Virus record (IMG/VR): IMGVR_UViG_3300010939_000106
Location: 1 to 51,213 of that record
Source: a virus
Taxonomy: Duplodnaviria; Caudoviricetes
Length of the DNA: 51,213 nt
Reading direction: 5' to 3' (one strand)
Part shown: piece after piece, positions 8,915 through 18,860 of the stretch
Numbering within the stretch: the stretch's first letter is position 1
How the letters are laid out: each line of letters starts with the position of its first letter
Notes under the pieces: generated by a model
Database searches by the model: none
What the model was told of the DNA's origin: nothing
The model's input: only the letters and a program-made list of their open reading frames with translations
Position numbers and translations under genes: made by a program

Positions 8915-11151
8915 TGGCCGAACTCACCGGCCGTCTCCGGGAACACAGGCGTTTTCGCACCGCTGGCGCGGCGCACCGGCGGCGTCTGACGACGGAAGCC
9001 AGCCCCCGCTTCTAAAGCAATGCCCCAGTCGAGAACGTAGCGGTCGCCGGTCTCCGAGCTTCTGAGCGGGAAGTAGTCCCCGCTCGGGCTCTGCATCCAG
9101 ATTTGGAACCGCCCAGGGGCCTCGGAAACCAGCCGAGCCTCTTCGACAATCCTCTCGATCGGAACGTCCTGAACTGCGGTCCCGCGGCCCGCCACCGGCA
9201 GGCCGCCGCTCGCATCGACGAAATTGCCGGTCTCGAATCCTTCCCATTGATCCTCGAATTCGCTTTCGCTCATGCCATAGACCGGCGTGATGAAGGCCCC
9301 GCCGTTGAGCTCCAAAACGCCTCCCGTAACAAGTGCTATCGCCTTGTCCGCCCGATCAGTGTCAAGATCAGTCTCGGTCTGAGAGAGAACGTCTGGGTCA
9401 TCACGCGCGGCCGCCAAACTCAAGCCGATATAAACATTGAGCGCCGCCTCTGTGAGTTGGCGCACGGCATTGCCCCCCTGATCGACGAAGCCCTCTTTGG
9501 TGATCGGGAACAACGGCAACAGTTTCGTTAGAACATATCTCTCAACCGCCTTCTCACTCTTGAGCGTCCCGCGAAACGCCCCGCCGCCGATAATCAAGTT
9601 TGCCGCCTCACGAGCCTCCGGCGGAGTCTCAATGAGCATCAGCTGGGAGGCGATTGCCAGGCCCGGATTCTTCGGCGCGAGGGCCTCGAATATCTCCGGC
9701 ATTTCCGGGGCGATCGTTCGCGCGATCTGATCCACGATTTCGAGCTTGCCCGCACGATCAGCCCTTTGGTACGCATCAGCAATGGCATCGACCTCTGCGG
9801 GACGCAGGAGCGAAACTGGCCGGTCGAAATGCTCCTCCGCGATATCCCGTTGCCGGATCCGTGTCTCGATCATTTCCGGATCGCTTGGTTCGAGAGGCGC
9901 TATCTCGTCTATGATGTCGATGGCCGCCGCGAGATCGAGAGCCTCGCCAGCCTCAAGCATTTTCTGTTGCCCGGCCAAGATCGCCCGTTTGGCTTCCAAC
10001 AACACCACGGCGCGCTTCGTCGGGGCCTGGCGCGCCGCTGCGTCTGTGATTTCGAGCGCCTGAACCGTCGGAGATTTCGCGGCGAAAGTGATGATCTCGT
10101 CGCGATCCTCAAGGGCCGTCAGAACTTCCGTCGCAAGGCTTGCCGCAGCTTCTGCGCTCTGGTCGTCGGCGCGCGGATCACCGGCGGCACTCTCCAAACT
10201 TACGAGCAGTTCATCCAGCCCCTCCGGATCGCGTCCATCTCCGTAGAGGACAAAAAGCGCGTCGCGAGCGTCGGCAGACAGGGTTTTGAAGTCCGCTTTG
10301 AACGCGGCCGTCGCCTTCCGAGAGATATCGTCCGCGAGGCTCTCCTGCTGCCCCGCATCGAGGTCTTCGGCAAAACGCGCCAAAATCTCCTGCGCCGCCT
10401 CGAAATGCCCCGCCCGCACGAGCCCTCCGGTAAAGGCCAATATGACATCGCGCCGCGCGCCCGTCCTCGTATCCCGTTCCACGTCCTTGCCGAAGATGTC
10501 ATCGAAGAGCGCGGCCGCGCCCTCCACCCGCTCCAGCTGTTCCTCGAGGTGCTGGATCGCCAGATCCGGAGCGCCGATCTCCGCCACCCGGGCGGAATCG
10601 GAAACGATCCCGTTGATGGATTTGGCGAGATTGTCCCGGGCGAGTTTCTCGGCCGCCGCGCCTGAGTTTGCTATGGCCAGAATCTCGGCTCTCGTCGCCA
10701 TCTCGCCGAGAACTATCTGGGTCTCGGCGATCACTTCCTGGCTGACGCCCGCCGGAGGAACGCCCAGAATCCTCTTCTCAAGCGCACCGATCTCGGCCAT
10801 GTAGGCCGCGACAGCTCCGGGCTCGGCGGGATTACCCTCGCGCGTGAACCGCTCGTTGATCTCCGCCACGCCGACACCGAACGCGTCCTTTTTCTCGGCG
10901 AGATAGTTCGCGTCATCGATGCGCTGCAGGCGCTTCCGGCGCACTTCAACGGCGGCCGCGAATTCGGCGCCGGCGGCCCCAAGACCCGCAATTGCCCGTC
11001 CTGTCTCCTGGCCGAACGCCCCCGGCGGCACCGCCACCCCAGGATCTGTCGGACGCGCCACGCGCTCGATGGATTCAAGGCCGGGCGCACGGCGCCCGCC
11101 CTCCTGGCGCGAGACCCCTATCCGGCCCGGGAGCAGCAGCTTCTCGACCAT
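8911..11151 (-). CDS. Internal virion protein, 746 aa
   Basis: Synteny; N-terminal AFGQETGRAIAGLG; predicted helical composition. Confidence 0.62.
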   Translation of the reverse strand: MVEKLLLPGRIGVSRQEGGRRAPGLESIERVARPTDPGVAVPPGAFGQETGRAIAGLGAAGAEFAAAVEVRRKRLQRIDDANYLAEKKDAFGVGVAEINERFTREGNPAEPGAVAAYMAEIGALEKRILGVPPAGVSQEVIAETQIVLGEMATRAEILAIANSGAAAEKLARDNLAKSINGIVSDSARVAEIGAPDLAIQHLEEQLERVEGAAALFDDIFGKDVERDTRTGARRDVILAFTGGLVRAGHFEAAQEILARFAEDLDAGQQESLADDISRKATAAFKADFKTLSADARDALFVLYGDGRDPEGLDELLVSLESAAGDPRADDQSAEAAASLATEVLTALEDRDEIITFAAKSPTVQALEITDAAARQAPTKRAVVLLEAKRAILAGQQKMLEAGEALDLAAAIDIIDEIAPLEPSDPEMIETRIRQRDIAEEHFDRPVSLLRPAEVDAIADAYQRADRAGKLEIVDQIARTIAPEMPEIFEALAPKNPGLAIASQLMLIETPPEAREAANLIIGGGAFRGTLKSEKAVERYVLTKLLPLFPITKEGFVDQGGNAVRQLTEAALNVYIGLSLAAARDDPDVLSQTETDLDTDRADKAIALVTGGVLELNGGAFITPVYGMSESEFEDQWEGFETGNFVDASGGLPVAGRGTAVQDVPIERIVEEARLVSEAPGRFQIWMQSPSGDYFPLRSSETGDRYVLDWGIALEAGAGFRRQTPPVRRASGAKTPVFPETAGEFGQ

Positions 11152-11156
11152 TTCGA

Positions 11157-11672
11157 CTAGGCCAGGTTCTCGGCGATGGTCGAGGCCCCGCTCAGCAACG
11201 ACGCCCCGGCGCCGATGACCCCAGCCGTCCGCGCCGAGCCCCCGGCCATGCGCTCGAGGATGGCCCGCTGGCGGAGCCGAGCCGAGGTGATGTCGCCGCC
11301 GGCCCGGATCGTGAGCGCCTCGAGCTCGGCCCGGGCCGCCGTCTCCACCTGCAAGAGAAGCGGGGAGCCCTCTTCCACCTTGACCCCGCTTTTGGCGAGA
11401 AGCGCCCGCTGGGTGCCCTTGAAGCGCCTGACATCGCGGCGGAAAACCGCCTCCCGGCGCGCCGCCCGCTGTTGCTCGAACGCGGCCTGCTGCTCGAAGA
11501 CACGGGCCTGGAACGCCGCCTGGGCCGCGGCCGCCTGTCCTTGCCGGATCGCGCCAACCGCACTGGTGAAGGCACTGATGCCGGTTAGGATGCTCCCGAC
11601 GGTGAAGGCACCTTTACCCGCCGAGCCAGCCGCGATTGCTCCCGCGGAGGCCGTGGCCCCCAATACTACCAT
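11157..11672 (-). CDS. Small internal virion protein (T7 gp14-like position)
   Basis: Ala/Gly-rich; GTQRALLAKSGV..EGSP motif. Confidence 0.72.
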   Translation of the reverse strand: MVVLGATASAGAIAAGSAGKGAFTVGSILTGISAFTSAVGAIRQGQAAAAQAAFQARVFEQQAAFEQQRAARREAVFRRDVRRFKGTQRALLAKSGVKVEEGSPLLLQVETAARAELEALTIRAGGDITSARLRQRAILERMAGGSARTAGVIGAGASLLSGASTIAENLA

Positions 11673-12196
11673 CTCATGTACCTTACAAAACCGTCTTTAA
11701 ACTGTTCTCCAAATACGATAAATCCGAGTCTTTTGACCCACTCATGCCCCCCTCTGAATCCATCAGCCACGGCAAGTTCGATTATATCGGCACCAACATC
11801 CTCGGTAATCCACTTCAATCCCCGCTTGAGGCTCCGGTGCAAAAAAACCGGATACCGCTCTCTCGCCTCGTCTGACACTAAAGCCCATGCCTTAACGACG
11901 CCATCTACCTCAGCCGCACCGCCGATCGCCAGCACCCTCCCCCCCACAACCATGCTGACCGCGCGGCCCGCGTACGCCTGAACCGCGCTGCCTCTGATCA
12001 CCCCGGCCATAGCCTGACGGTCGAACCGCCCAGGGCGGAAGCGCCGTAAGTGCTCCGATCGGAAGGGAACAAGTCGCGGCTGAGATGCCCTCTGGACCGC
12101 GTAGGAACCCCGTGGAGCCCCATGGGTGACTTTCGCGGGCACAACACCATCCCCGGCCGATGTTGCGCTCCTTGAGCACATTTCAGCGATCAGCAC
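11666..12196 (-). CDS. GNAT-fold / T7 gp13-like internal protein (start uncertain)
   Basis: LVPFRSEHL...VLAIGG...AWALVS...WVKRLGF; position after tail tube B. Confidence 0.65.
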   Translation of the reverse strand: MLIAEMCSRSATSAGDGVVPAKVTHGAPRGSYAVQRASQPRLVPFRSEHLRRFRPGRFDRQAMAGVIRGSAVQAYAGRAVSMVVGGRVLAIGGAAEVDGVVKAWALVSDEARERYPVFLHRSLKRGLKWITEDVGADIIELAVADGFRGGHEWVKRLGFIVFGEQFKDGFVRYMRW

Positions 12197-12279
12197 TCAG
12201 CACTCAGCAAAAATCTAAGCTGACGGCTGACAGGCTGACGGCTGACGGCTGACGGCTGACGGCTGACGGCTGACGGCTG
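12183..12279. repeat. Heptamer tandem array (GCTGACG)n with an inverted (TCAGCAC)n arm
   Basis: tcagcgatcagcactcagcactcagc-aaaaatctaa-gctgacggctgacaggctgacggctgacgg..., about 8 right-arm units. Confidence 0.9.
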
Positions 12280-12295
12280 TGTGGCACTAGCCCCC

Positions 12296-14974
12296 TCACC
12301 GCTCCTCGACCTTGAGATGGACCGCCGCTCCGAGCACCATGAGCGGCAGGGGCTGGGTCTGCTCGATAACGATACGCGTGTCGGTATCAACATCCCCTGG
12401 GAAGGACACGAATTTCTCGCCGGTGAACAGCGGCACCGCCGCGTCCATCGGATCGGCCGTGGATCGGAACGGCACCACGTCGAGCGTCGCCTCGTCAGGG
12501 CCGATTTTCATGCCGATGCTGTCGAGCAAGACCACGCTCACGCCGTCGATGCGTTTCAATTGTCCGACCGCCGTCCCTCTGGCGGCCCCGGCCGCCACCT
12601 TCAGGGTCTCGATGACCGAGCTGTACTTCAGGCCTGCGTGGATCTTGCCGGCCGCCGATTCCAAGGTAACGCTTCCCGCCGAGACCGTCTTGCTCGGATG
12701 CACGGCACCGTCGGCCAGGATATCGACCTCCTTGCCTTCCAGGTGATCCAGGCCGGCAACCGTGGTCACCTTATCGTCCGGGTCGAGCCAATCGCTGGTG
12801 GCGATCGCGCGAAGGCTCGCCGGCACTGCGCCTAAGAACTTCACGCCCACGTCGCTGGCCGAGGCGAAGGCCGTGATCTCGACCGCCACCTGGTCGCGCC
12901 CGCGGCCGAGCGACCATATCTGGCCTACATCACCGGAGAGAAATGGCGTGTGACCGGATGATGTCATCGATGTCGCATCGCCCGTCGCCCACGGGCCGCC
13001 GCCGGTCAATGTCAGGGTCTTGGCCGTGTCGGTGTTCCACTTGTTAAGAGATAGGCCAGAATCCACGGAAAAGGCGTCGTTCTGGTTTTCAAAATCGCGG
13101 GTCTCGAAGAACTCGATATAGCGTTTGGTCTGCCCGCCCACCACGCGCTTGACGACGACCCACACCTCATCTTCCTGGACGCCGGGAATGACGGCGACGC
13201 CCTCGAAGGCTCCGTCGTCCCTATCGTTCGGATCACCGGTGATGTGCCGGGCCCAGCCGATCACGTCCTCGGCGCGCTGGTAGGTGAGCGCGGCCAGAAC
13301 CCCGTCCGCCCGCACGCACCACAGGATCGAGTCCGGAACCTGGCTGTAGTCCATGTCGGTGAATCCGCTGGTGGCGACGGTCGCGGCGCGGCTCACATGA
13401 TCGGCCAGAATAGTGAGGTCCGGCGCGCTAAAGCTGTCGAGCTCGAAGTTAAAGGCGAATTCGCGAATCTCCCGTCGAGAGCGCTGGAGAAACAACACCG
13501 CATGGCCCACCCGCTTCGGCATTATGGAGGCGCTGCCGTGGGTGGTCTGGCGCTTGATCTGAACGTTGGACGGCGTGATCGGATCGTCGAGCGACGAAGC
13601 TTGCACGGTCCACTCGCCGCCGGCCGTGCCCACCGCGAGCTGCCGGCCCGGCGAAAGCCATTCGATCACGTTCACCCGGTCGGCCGCAATGGTGTAGTTG
13701 ACCGGATCATCGTCGGCCGTGCCCGGCGTGAAATCTTCCAGCACGGCCGACTTCGACCCCCAAAGCGTCTGTGGCTTTTCAGAACTCCCCGCCAGGTAAA
13801 GCCGCTGTTCGTAGAAGGCGACGCAGCTGGGATAGCCCGTCGTTCCCGACCACGCCCCAAGCCGCCACTTGGACTGCGCCGTGGCGCTCACAAAGTCCTT
13901 TTTCACATCGGCCGTGACCTGGGTCGCGCTGGTGAAGCCGACGATTCTGGCATAGCCGTAGTTCGCCCCCTCGTCGATCCTGACCAGCCGGCCCACGTCG
14001 GTGGAGGCAAACAGGCTCTGCCCAGCCGCGGTGATGGTGATGCCGTTGCCCATGATCGCACTGGGCGTCAGTGTCTTGGCCGTATCGGTGTTTGCTACCA
14101 GATACGGCCCGTCGATGAAGTCCGCCTCGGTCAGCGACCAGGAGGTGTGGCCCGATCGGCTGAGCTTCTGTACCGGATGGTCCGGGTTGACCAGGTACAT
14201 GATGTCCGCCGTCTGGGCGAACTGAAGCTCGGAAAGATCGGCCTCCAGATACGATCCGTCAATTTCGACCGGCGCGCCTGCGATCAGCGCCACATCGTCG
14301 ATTCCGAGCGTCTTATTGTTCTCGTTGCGGAACTGGACGAAGAACGGCGAGGCCGTCGGCGTGAAGGTGTAGCAGTGATAGCCGGCGGCGAACTCCACAT
14401 CGTTGACCAACTCGCCGCCGGTGCTGGTCGTGCCGACGCGGAGCTTGATCTTGTCCCCGGCCGCCCCGATCACCCGGAACTTCAGGACATGGGCCTGGCC
14501 GGTATTGGTGGTCGTGATGTCCTGCTCGGCCCAGCCGACATTCGCCGCGCCGGCGCCGTTCAGATTCATGTAGCCGGCCGAGTTCCAGGAAATAGAGCCC
14601 GTGCCGGTGCTGCGGTCGTCCCAGCCCAGGATGTCAGAATCGAAGGTGCCGTTGGTGATCGCCGCGTCGGTGGCGGCAACCGTGATAACCCCCTTGTCCT
14701 TGTAAAACCGGAAATTGAGGTCGCCCGCCACGATGATGTAGGCCTGGACGACCGAGAACTCGAACGGAATGGGCCGGGCCTTCTTGGCCGAGTCCTTCAC
14801 CTCGGCGACGAACCTCAGTCCCGCCCGGCGCTGGGCGCCGCCCTGGGGCAGCGCGATGAAGTTCTCCAGCCTCTTGCAGGCGTTGCGGTACTTGCTGAAA
14901 TCGACCCGCGCCTCCATGCGCGCTGAAAACTCGCCGGCATTGAAGCTGACCTGAAGCGGCGTGGCTCTAGGCAT
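12296..14974 (-). CDS. Tail tubular protein B / nozzle (T7 gp12-like)
   Basis: QVSFNAGEFS, LENFIALPQGGAQRRAG, YPSCVAFYEQRL, GLDHLEGKEVDILADG. Confidence 0.92.
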   Translation of the reverse strand: MPRATPLQVSFNAGEFSARMEARVDFSKYRNACKRLENFIALPQGGAQRRAGLRFVAEVKDSAKKARPIPFEFSVVQAYIIVAGDLNFRFYKDKGVITVAATDAAITNGTFDSDILGWDDRSTGTGSISWNSAGYMNLNGAGAANVGWAEQDITTTNTGQAHVLKFRVIGAAGDKIKLRVGTTSTGGELVNDVEFAAGYHCYTFTPTASPFFVQFRNENNKTLGIDDVALIAGAPVEIDGSYLEADLSELQFAQTADIMYLVNPDHPVQKLSRSGHTSWSLTEADFIDGPYLVANTDTAKTLTPSAIMGNGITITAAGQSLFASTDVGRLVRIDEGANYGYARIVGFTSATQVTADVKKDFVSATAQSKWRLGAWSGTTGYPSCVAFYEQRLYLAGSSEKPQTLWGSKSAVLEDFTPGTADDDPVNYTIAADRVNVIEWLSPGRQLAVGTAGGEWTVQASSLDDPITPSNVQIKRQTTHGSASIMPKRVGHAVLFLQRSRREIREFAFNFELDSFSAPDLTILADHVSRAATVATSGFTDMDYSQVPDSILWCVRADGVLAALTYQRAEDVIGWARHITGDPNDRDDGAFEGVAVIPGVQEDEVWVVVKRVVGGQTKRYIEFFETRDFENQNDAFSVDSGLSLNKWNTDTAKTLTLTGGGPWATGDATSMTSSGHTPFLSGDVGQIWSLGRGRDQVAVEITAFASASDVGVKFLGAVPASLRAIATSDWLDPDDKVTTVAGLDHLEGKEVDILADGAVHPSKTVSAGSVTLESAAGKIHAGLKYSSVIETLKVAAGAARGTAVGQLKRIDGVSVVLLDSIGMKIGPDEATLDVVPFRSTADPMDAAVPLFTGEKFVSFPGDVDTDTRIVIEQTQPLPLMVLGAAVHLKVEER

Positions 14975-14986
14975 TATCGGCCATGG

Positions 14987-15601
14987 CTATAAATTCTCCG
15001 ACCCGCCCGTTCGGTCACGCTGAAAGCCGCCGTCGCGGTCCGTGACCCAGGAGCCTTCGGGGAAGGCCTCGGCGAAGTCTTCCTGGGCATCGACGCTGCG
15101 GGCCTTGCGCATCACGGCCTCGAAGGCCTCACGCTTCAATTGCTCGAGCGTGCCTGACTGAGTGAGAGGCCGCGTCAACGCCCAGGCCAGGCGGAATATC
15201 AACGCCTCCGTGAACAGCTCGTCGAAGGTGTTCGGATCGGTGACCCGGTGGATGTAGCGCAGCCACAGCTCACCGGCGCCGGACAGCACCTTCCGGCCCT
15301 CGATCCGGTACTCGACCGAACCCACCCCGGCGTCATTGTTGTGGACCGATAGTGTCCTCAGCCAGTCCGAGGGAAGCTGGTAGGCGAAGTCGAACTCATA
15401 GGTGGGCGCGGCCAAAAGCTGGCCGAGCTTCGCCCGGGCAACCGCGAAGTTCCACGGGTGCGCCCTTAAGAGCTTGTCGCGCAACGAGGCGTAGCGTTTG
15501 TTGCACTCACGGGCGTTCTTGTCGTCCTGGTCGAGCGCCAGAATCGAGGCGCCGCCGATCTCGGAAAGCGCCTCGTTGCAAATACCGGTTTCGGAGGCCA
15601 T
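14987..15601 (-). CDS. Tail tubular protein A / adaptor (T7 gp11-like)
   Basis: MASETGICNEALSEIG, LLRAHPWNFA, YQLPSDWLR, FDELFTEAL; start re-assigned to ATG 15601. Confidence 0.9.
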   Translation of the reverse strand: MASETGICNEALSEIGGASILALDQDDKNARECNKRYASLRDKLLRAHPWNFAVARAKLGQLLAAPTYEFDFAYQLPSDWLRTLSVHNNDAGVGSVEYRIEGRKVLSGAGELWLRYIHRVTDPNTFDELFTEALIFRLAWALTRPLTQSGTLEQLKREAFEAVMRKARSVDAQEDFAEAFPEGSWVTDRDGGFQRDRTGGSENL

Positions 15602-15608
15602 CGCTCCC

Positions 15609-16142
15609 TCATGCCGCCTTGGTCTTCGGCACTGCCGATTCACCCTCCGCAGGGCTACGGGGGACGGGCGCCGGCGGCTGCGCGGCCTTGTAGAGCGACC
15701 ACGCCTTGTCCCGCTCGCCGGCGGAGATCGGCCCAACGACCTGCTGGAGAGCCCCAAGCCTTGGTCTGCCGTCGGCCTCAAAAGAGGCTTCGTCGGTCGG
15801 GTCAAGCCCCCCGATCGCCGAGATGATCCTGGTCATCTTGGCCTGGCCCTTCGTGTGGTCGCCAGCCTCGGCGCCGACCCTCTTCCGCCAGAGGGTCTTC
15901 ACCTCGACGTAGCCCGGCTCGGAGAGCGTGACAATCACCTCCCCGATCTCCGGCTCGTTGGATTTGAACTCGGCGATGATCTCGATTCTGTCCCAGAGCA
16001 GGGGGTTGGACTGTCCGCCGCGGCCGAAATAGTTGGGCGAGAGAACATCGTCGAAGGCTCTGGGAGTCACATAGATCCACTTCGCGAACCCACGCGATCC
16101 GCAATAGCTGACTTGAAGGTCAGGCGCATTGAGTTTCATCAT
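15609..16142 (-). CDS. Hypothetical protein (head-tail region)
   Basis: 177-aa ORF with RBS AAAGGGG in the operon orientation. Confidence 0.55.
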   Translation of the reverse strand: MMKLNAPDLQVSYCGSRGFAKWIYVTPRAFDDVLSPNYFGRGGQSNPLLWDRIEIIAEFKSNEPEIGEVIVTLSEPGYVEVKTLWRKRVGAEAGDHTKGQAKMTRIISAIGGLDPTDEASFEADGRPRLGALQQVVGPISAGERDKAWSLYKAAQPPAPVPRSPAEGESAVPKTKAA

Positions 16143-16179
16143 GGATTATCCCCTTTCATGGAGGTCCAGGGTTCAAGTC

Positions 16180-16218
16180 AAAGATGCCCCGCAGCGCGGA
16201 ACGCCACGGGGCACCTTT
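16180..16218 (-). terminator. Probable terminator after the capsid/decoration genes
   Basis: Inverted repeat aaagatgccccg...cggggcaccttt. Confidence 0.55.
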
Positions 16219-16249
16219 CCTTTGAGCGTTGTCAGATTGACGCTCTTTT

Positions 16250-16603
16250 CTACGTGGTGATAATGCCAACCGCCCGCAGCGCCGCCTTGACTTCGTTGAC
16301 TTCGGTTTCCAGCGCGGCCACGGCGAGCCCGGAAGTGTCAGGGTTCACCGCCTGTTTCTCGTAAGCCGCGTCCCTGGCGACCACCACGGTCGTACCGTCG
16401 TTCGAGACCACACGGATCAGGCTTGTAAGGTCCCCGCTGTCGCGAACGATGATGAGGTCGCCGACGCGCAGCTCATCGACTGCGTTGTCGAAGTAGTTGG
16501 CCGTCATGATGGTGGCCAGCGTGTCGGCGCTAGACTTGTACTGCCAAAGCTGGAAGGCGTTGGCAGTCACGAGCATGGAAAAGTTACTTGCACTAAATGC
16601 CAT
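16250..16603 (-). CDS. Putative head decoration / minor capsid protein
   Basis: Immediately after the capsid gene with strong RBS AAGGAGG; YKSSADTLATI...YF...LRVGDLIIV. Confidence 0.6.
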   Translation of the reverse strand: MAFSASNFSMLVTANAFQLWQYKSSADTLATIMTANYFDNAVDELRVGDLIIVRDSGDLTSLIRVVSNDGTTVVVARDAAYEKQAVNPDTSGLAVAALETEVNEVKAALRAVGIITT

Positions 16604-16616
16604 GATTCAGCCCTCC

Positions 16617-17432
16617 TTACTCTTGGCAGTCGATTCGGACCACCCCGTTGGAGTCGATCAGGCACGCGCCCATCGACATCGCATTGGTGATCCGGTGCAT
16701 CTGCTTCTCGCCGTTCCACCAGATGTCGGAAGTGATGTCCTCACCGATGGCATGGCCCAAAGCCGTTTTGTGGTACCACAGACACTGCCGGTCGGAACCG
16801 ACCTTGGTGAGACCGGAGTGTGGCACCCAGAGCGTACCGAGCCAGATCTTGGCCTGGACGCCCTTCCACGGCAGCTTGTCGTCGCCCACGAAATCCGCGT
16901 CCTTGAACTCCGGGATATCGAGGATCTCGGTCCACTGCTTCCAGCCGACGAAAGCAAAGCGGTTGCCGTCGTCGGGCACGTCGTTGTTGCCAAGGGTCTC
17001 CAAGGCGCTGAGCGCCTTGGCCTTGGTGAAGCCGGTGGCGGCGGCGACCACGATGGTCGTGGTCGTGACCGCTTGGTCGATGAGAAGCTGGTCGGTTTGC
17101 CGGCCCAGCGCGAACGCACCCGACTGGACGATGGCCTTGCGCTCGTCGTGCTGAAGCTTCATCTCGTCGAGCTTGTCGACGTCGTCCGCCGCGTAGTGGT
17201 CGGAAAGTGCGCAGATGATCGGCGTGTGGTCCAGGTTCATGGTCGGCACGTTGCCGTGGCGGGTTTTGGTCGTCGCCACGCCTGTCCCGATCTTCTGGAA
17301 CGTCGTCGATTCACCCTTGATGTTGTTCTTCGTACGCACGGTATTGCGAAGCTTGGAGCCCATGCGCTGGTACTCCATATGCACCTCGCTCTCATACTGG
17401 CGCTTGAAGCTTAGTGAGACGCTCGTAGACAT
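16617..17432 (-). CDS. Major capsid protein
   Basis: FKRQYESEVHMEYQRMGSKLRNTVR, DDVDKLD, GAFALGRQTD, AMSMGACLID..GVV; follows the scaffold. Confidence 0.9.
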   Translation of the reverse strand: MSTSVSLSFKRQYESEVHMEYQRMGSKLRNTVRTKNNIKGESTTFQKIGTGVATTKTRHGNVPTMNLDHTPIICALSDHYAADDVDKLDEMKLQHDERKAIVQSGAFALGRQTDQLLIDQAVTTTTIVVAAATGFTKAKALSALETLGNNDVPDDGNRFAFVGWKQWTEILDIPEFKDADFVGDDKLPWKGVQAKIWLGTLWVPHSGLTKVGSDRQCLWYHKTALGHAIGEDITSDIWWNGEKQMHRITNAMSMGACLIDSNGVVRIDCQE

Positions 17433-17469
17433 GACAATGTTCCTCTTCTGAGTTGCTGCTTGAGCGCAC

Positions 17470-17600
17470 TCAGAGCGGTTGTCCTGCCTCTTCGGCTGCC
17501 ATCGGGGTTGTCCTTGCGGGCCCGCGCTGCATGTGCCTCAGCAGGGCCTTCATCTTCTGCGCAAATGGGGGTGGGGCCCTGGCGGGTTGTCCCGGATCGG
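17470..17600 (-). promoter_or_regulatory. Structured capsid 5' leader with three GGACAACC motifs
   Basis: ggttgtcc at 17477, 17506 and 17585 on +; minus-strand GGCCCGCAAGGACAACC can fold as a hairpin with an ACAA bulge. Confidence 0.5.
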
Positions 17601-17747
17601 ATGGCGAACGGCGTTCGCCCTCCTGGTAAACTTTACAAATCCAATTTTCACCTCATGCAAATGTTCTCAATGGCTCCTCCCGCCGCGGTCAGCTTGGGTC
17701 TGGTTATGCGTTGGATGTAGCAATCCTGGGGCCAGCAATCCTGGCTC

Positions 17748-18806
17748 CTACGCCACTTCCGCAGGCCGGTCGGCCGGTGCCGTGCCGTAGAGCTGGTCGT
17801 TGATCGCCCGCACCTCCGTCTGGATTTTCGGGTCGGTCCAGTAATCGCCGCGAGCCTGCAACTCCTTCAGCCGCTCCTCCAACGTCTGGCGGCTCTCGTC
17901 GTCCGCCTCCCCGGTCAACAGCCTGGCTTCGCCGGCCAATCGGCCGATCTCCGCGAGCCCACGGGCGAAGACCGGATACGATCCTATCGCCGTCCCGTCG
18001 GCCAGCGTTATGTTTCTCGCATCTTTTCCGAAGAAAGTTTGGAGCCCGCGGTTGGCGAAATCCATGTTCGCGTCGTAATCCGGCCCCCATTCCTTCTTGA
18101 GCTCCGTCTTTGCCTTTTCCATGGCATCGGCATCACGGTTGGCCATGGCTTCGGCCATTCCAAGCGCCCAGCTGTTGTAGCCGTCAAACAATTCCTGCGC
18201 CACGATCTGGCTGACACCGGCATTGAAGAACCATGTCCTGGCTTGGGCGTCGAGTTCCTCGTTGTAGCTGAACTCCTCGCCCAGCGCCGAGAGGTCCGGC
18301 GGCTCGAGCACATAGTCCTCGGGTTTGTCCGGGCGCCCCAATTGCTTGTGGAAGGTGGCAATCTCTTCCTCGCTGGCGTCCTCGGCCGGAAGGTTGATCG
18401 CGCTACCGAGCTTCTTCTGGAGCTCGGCATAGGATTTCACGACATCGGCCGGGCCGGTGAATTTCTTCGCCACCGTCCGGTGCTCTTTCGGCAGACCCTC
18501 CCGCCAATCCGGCACCACAGTGGTCTTTCTCGCCTTGGCGAATCCTTGGCGTTCTTCGACTCGAGTCTGCGCCACGGCAAGCCCGCGCCCCGTCTCGACG
18601 GCCTTGTTCCGCGCCGCCTCGACAGCCGACGCCGCGGCATCCCTGCCGTCTTCGTCCGCACCCTCAAGGGCCGCCTCGGCGTCCTTGAGGGTCTGATCCG
18701 CCGCCGCCGCCGCCTGTTCGGATTCGGTGACCGCCGCGCCGGCCTCCTTCAACGATGCGTCTTCTGATTCCGTCGGATTGTCCGAACTTCCCGGGTCCGT
18801 CATCAC
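17748..18806 (-). CDS. Capsid scaffolding/assembly protein
   Basis: DWREGLP...KSYAELQKKLG...LGRPDKPEDY...LKKEWGPDYD; acidic. Confidence 0.85.
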   Translation of the reverse strand: MMTDPGSSDNPTESEDASLKEAGAAVTESEQAAAAADQTLKDAEAALEGADEDGRDAAASAVEAARNKAVETGRGLAVAQTRVEERQGFAKARKTTVVPDWREGLPKEHRTVAKKFTGPADVVKSYAELQKKLGSAINLPAEDASEEEIATFHKQLGRPDKPEDYVLEPPDLSALGEEFSYNEELDAQARTWFFNAGVSQIVAQELFDGYNSWALGMAEAMANRDADAMEKAKTELKKEWGPDYDANMDFANRGLQTFFGKDARNITLADGTAIGSYPVFARGLAEIGRLAGEARLLTGEADDESRQTLEERLKELQARGDYWTDPKIQTEVRAINDQLYGTAPADRPAEVA

Positions 18807-18855
18807 CTTCTACTCCTCTTCTCGTCTCTCTGTTTCGGCCGCTACGGGCCGCTTG
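18802..18855. repeat. Direct repeat copy A (partner at 19976-20028)
   Basis: atcaccttctactcctcttctcgtctctctgtttcggccgctacgggccgcttg. Confidence 0.85.
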
Positions 18856-18860
18856 CAGCC

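Noticed and set aside
16250-17432. T7-style capsid frameshift or read-through into the downstream gene
   Set aside because: The downstream gene has its own strong AAGGAGG RBS and no slippery site is evident near the capsid stop.
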